5,661 nucleotides of DNA, taken from the NCBI GenBank assembly GCA_001695645.1, contig LVZN01000031.1:1-5661 (forward strand). The letters are read 5' to 3'. The notes under the pieces were generated by a model, which had not been told where the DNA came from, did no database searches, and saw only the letters and a program-made list of their open reading frames with translations. Of this stretch, positions 4,450-5,661 are shown in pieces (the stretch's first letter is position 1; every line of letters starts with the position of its first letter). The position numbers and the translations under genes were made by a program. The DNA comes from Erysipelotrichaceae bacterium MTC7. GTDB taxonomy: Bacteria; Bacillota_I; Bacilli_A; Erysipelotrichales; Erysipelotrichaceae.

Positions 4450-4680
4450 TTATTCCTTCTTTCCATGATTAGAATGAAATACTAGAACTGAATTTTCTTC
4501 TATTAAAGTTAGTAATCCACTTTCGTCTTCGCTTGATAATTTTATTAAGAGGGAATCAGTAAATGATTTTTGTATAGGAAAGTTTGTTCTGCTATTAACC
4601 AATAGCAGTCTCAACTCTTCAATTGAAGTTGGTTTATAAAATTGAATAAAATACTTTTCCTCTTGTGTATAAATTTTCAT
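4450..4680 (-). CDS. Small protein resembling the 'transposon-transfer assisting' (TnpW-like) family
   Basis: The 76-aa product reads MKIYTQEEKYFIQFYKPTSIEELRLLLVNS...FTDSLLIKLSSEDESG. This resembles the family pattern as I recall it (fT.EE..li.iy...sr.eli..L......e...l.ds.l.KL..m.dee). Its start overlaps the upstream stop in an ATGA overlap (4677-4680). Its position next to a DUF3991/Toprim gene is typical of Firmicutes conjugative elements. Confidence 0.55.
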   Translation of the reverse strand: MKIYTQEEKYFIQFYKPTSIEELRLLLVNSRTNFPIQKSFTDSLLIKLSSEDESGLLTLIEENSVLVFHSNHGKKE

Positions 4681-5564
4681 ACTGTGTCCTCCCCTAAATA
4701 AACATCATTATCATCAAACATGAAATCCATTGGAACTCCATTACTATCTTCATTTTTCGCTTCAACATCAAGGACATGATCACTGTCCTGGTAATTTTGC
4801 AATCTATTATTTCTTATCTCTTTGGCAGCATCAATGGTTTCTCTTACATTCCTTGATTTGATTACTTCAATTTCTTCAAGTTGTTTTTTTCGCCTTTCTT
4901 TTTCATCAAACGATACACAAGAATTAACCACTACTGAAGGTAACATCTGAAAGAGTTCTGACAAATATATGTAGAGTTGAACACACTCCTCTTCACTATG
5001 ATTCTCAAAATCTAGGAACTCGTCCACATCAGTTTTTAGAATATCTAGAAGCCCAAATTGTAAGTAATTCATCAAGTTATCCTTAAAAGATAATTGTTTA
5101 CCTTTTTCATATTCATATTGTTTAAATAGTTCAGAAATCAACTTCTCATGCCAATCTTCAGAGAAAATCGATTTTAGCTTTTGAATACGTTTTGGATCTA
5201 AATATGTTGCAATTAATGACGAAAAAACTGGCTTCTTCTTAGTATTCATTTGTGAAATATCGAATACTTTTACTGGTTTCCAAATTATTGTATTTCCCGT
5301 GCAACTGGGAACTACTGTAAGTAAACCTTTCATCCCCTTCTTAACCCATAATTCCTCTTTAAATTCTTTATCCCATGCATCTTTCGTTTTTACATTTGTT
5401 GCAGATGGCAAGTTATAAAGAATACTCGCAACATTCCACCAACTGATATCAGAAAACATTCTCATGAAACGTATATGAGTTTTTAATACCTCTTTATTTC
5501 TAACGAAGTTAGGAATCTGTCTTTTAACTTCATCTATGTATCCTATAAGTTGTTCTTCATTCAT
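4677..5564 (-). CDS. ArdC-N-like ssDNA-binding domain protein with an acidic C-terminal tail (conjugative-element protein)
   Basis: A strong RBS AGGAGGTG lies 6 nt upstream of the ATG. Residues 37-86 (5307-5456) read FSDISWWNVASILYNLPSATNVKTKDAWDKEFKEELWVKKGMKGLLTVVP. This fits the ArdC N-domain pattern YS..N..LI..Q.P.AT.V.t...W...g..VkKGekGi.i..P. No HExxH protease motif is present. Confidence 0.5.
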   Translation of the reverse strand: MNEEQLIGYIDEVKRQIPNFVRNKEVLKTHIRFMRMFSDISWWNVASILYNLPSATNVKTKDAWDKEFKEELWVKKGMKGLLTVVPSCTGNTIIWKPVKVFDISQMNTKKKPVFSSLIATYLDPKRIQKLKSIFSEDWHEKLISELFKQYEYEKGKQLSFKDNLMNYLQFGLLDILKTDVDEFLDFENHSEEECVQLYIYLSELFQMLPSVVVNSCVSFDEKERRKKQLEEIEVIKSRNVRETIDAAKEIRNNRLQNYQDSDHVLDVEAKNEDSNGVPMDFMFDDNDVYLGEDTV

Positions 5565-5583
5565 CTTTTCACCTCCTGATTAG

Positions 5584-5616
5584 AATAAAAAAGTGATGGA
5601 GAAAAACACTCCATCA
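5584..5616 (-). terminator. Candidate rho-independent terminator or attenuator immediately upstream of the ArdC-like gene
   Basis: On the minus strand an 8-bp stem pairs TGATGGAG with CTCCATCA (5594-5601 and 5609-5616) around a 7-nt loop. It is followed by C-TTTTTT-ATT (5593 down to 5584). The structure ends about 5 nt before the RBS AGGAGG. Confidence 0.45.
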
Positions 5617-5661
5617 TCTTAAAGAAAAAAAACAAATCGTATAAAAGGTACCTTCACTACT

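Larger units (their letters stand above)
3042..5564 (-). mobile_element. Fragment of a conjugative-element (ICE or plasmid) DNA-processing module
   Basis: Four co-oriented genes are translationally coupled: an ATGA overlap at 4677-4680, a 3-nt gap at 4447-4449 and a 7-nt gap at 3279-3285. Their predicted functions (ArdC-N-like, TnpW-like, DUF3991/Toprim) co-occur in Firmicutes conjugative transposons. No integrase, relaxase or element ends are visible in this window. Confidence 0.5.

Noticed and set aside
1-5661. Scan for CRISPR arrays, tRNA/rRNA genes, transposase or integrase genes, and terminal inverted repeats
   Set aside because: None were found. There are no regularly spaced repeat arrays and no cloverleaf-compatible or rRNA-like segments. 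No ORF shows recombinase motifs, so the ends of the mobile element are not in this window.

Overview
AT-rich, Firmicutes-like window containing two modules separated by a strong bidirectional terminator (2886-2923). The right half (3042-5564) lies entirely on the minus strand and its genes are tightly coupled. It looks like a DNA-processing block from a conjugative element: an ArdC-N-like ssDNA-binding protein, a small TnpW-like 'transposon-transfer assisting' protein, a DUF3991/Toprim primase-like protein, and a small coiled-coil protein. The left half (135-2849) is an accessory locus and the most interesting part. Its minus-strand operon encodes a BlaI/CopY-family repressor, then a BlaR1-type M56 membrane metalloprotease, then an 81-aa secreted protein with a basic C-terminal half. 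The M56 protein has no penicillin-binding sensor and instead ends in a 56-aa very acidic ectodomain. Transcribed divergently are a 44-aa tail-anchored membrane micro-ORF (absent from the ORF track) and a 163-aa orphan secreted protein. The shared intergenic region carries back-to-back sigma-A-like promoters, each overlapped by a TGTCAACA box. I read this locus as a candidate undescribed extracellular-sensing repressor/protease circuit carried as mobile-element cargo. The sensed cue and the output cannot be assigned from sequence alone. All family assignments come from motif recognition by eye; no searches were run. I saw no rRNA, tRNA, CRISPR array, transposase or integrase.
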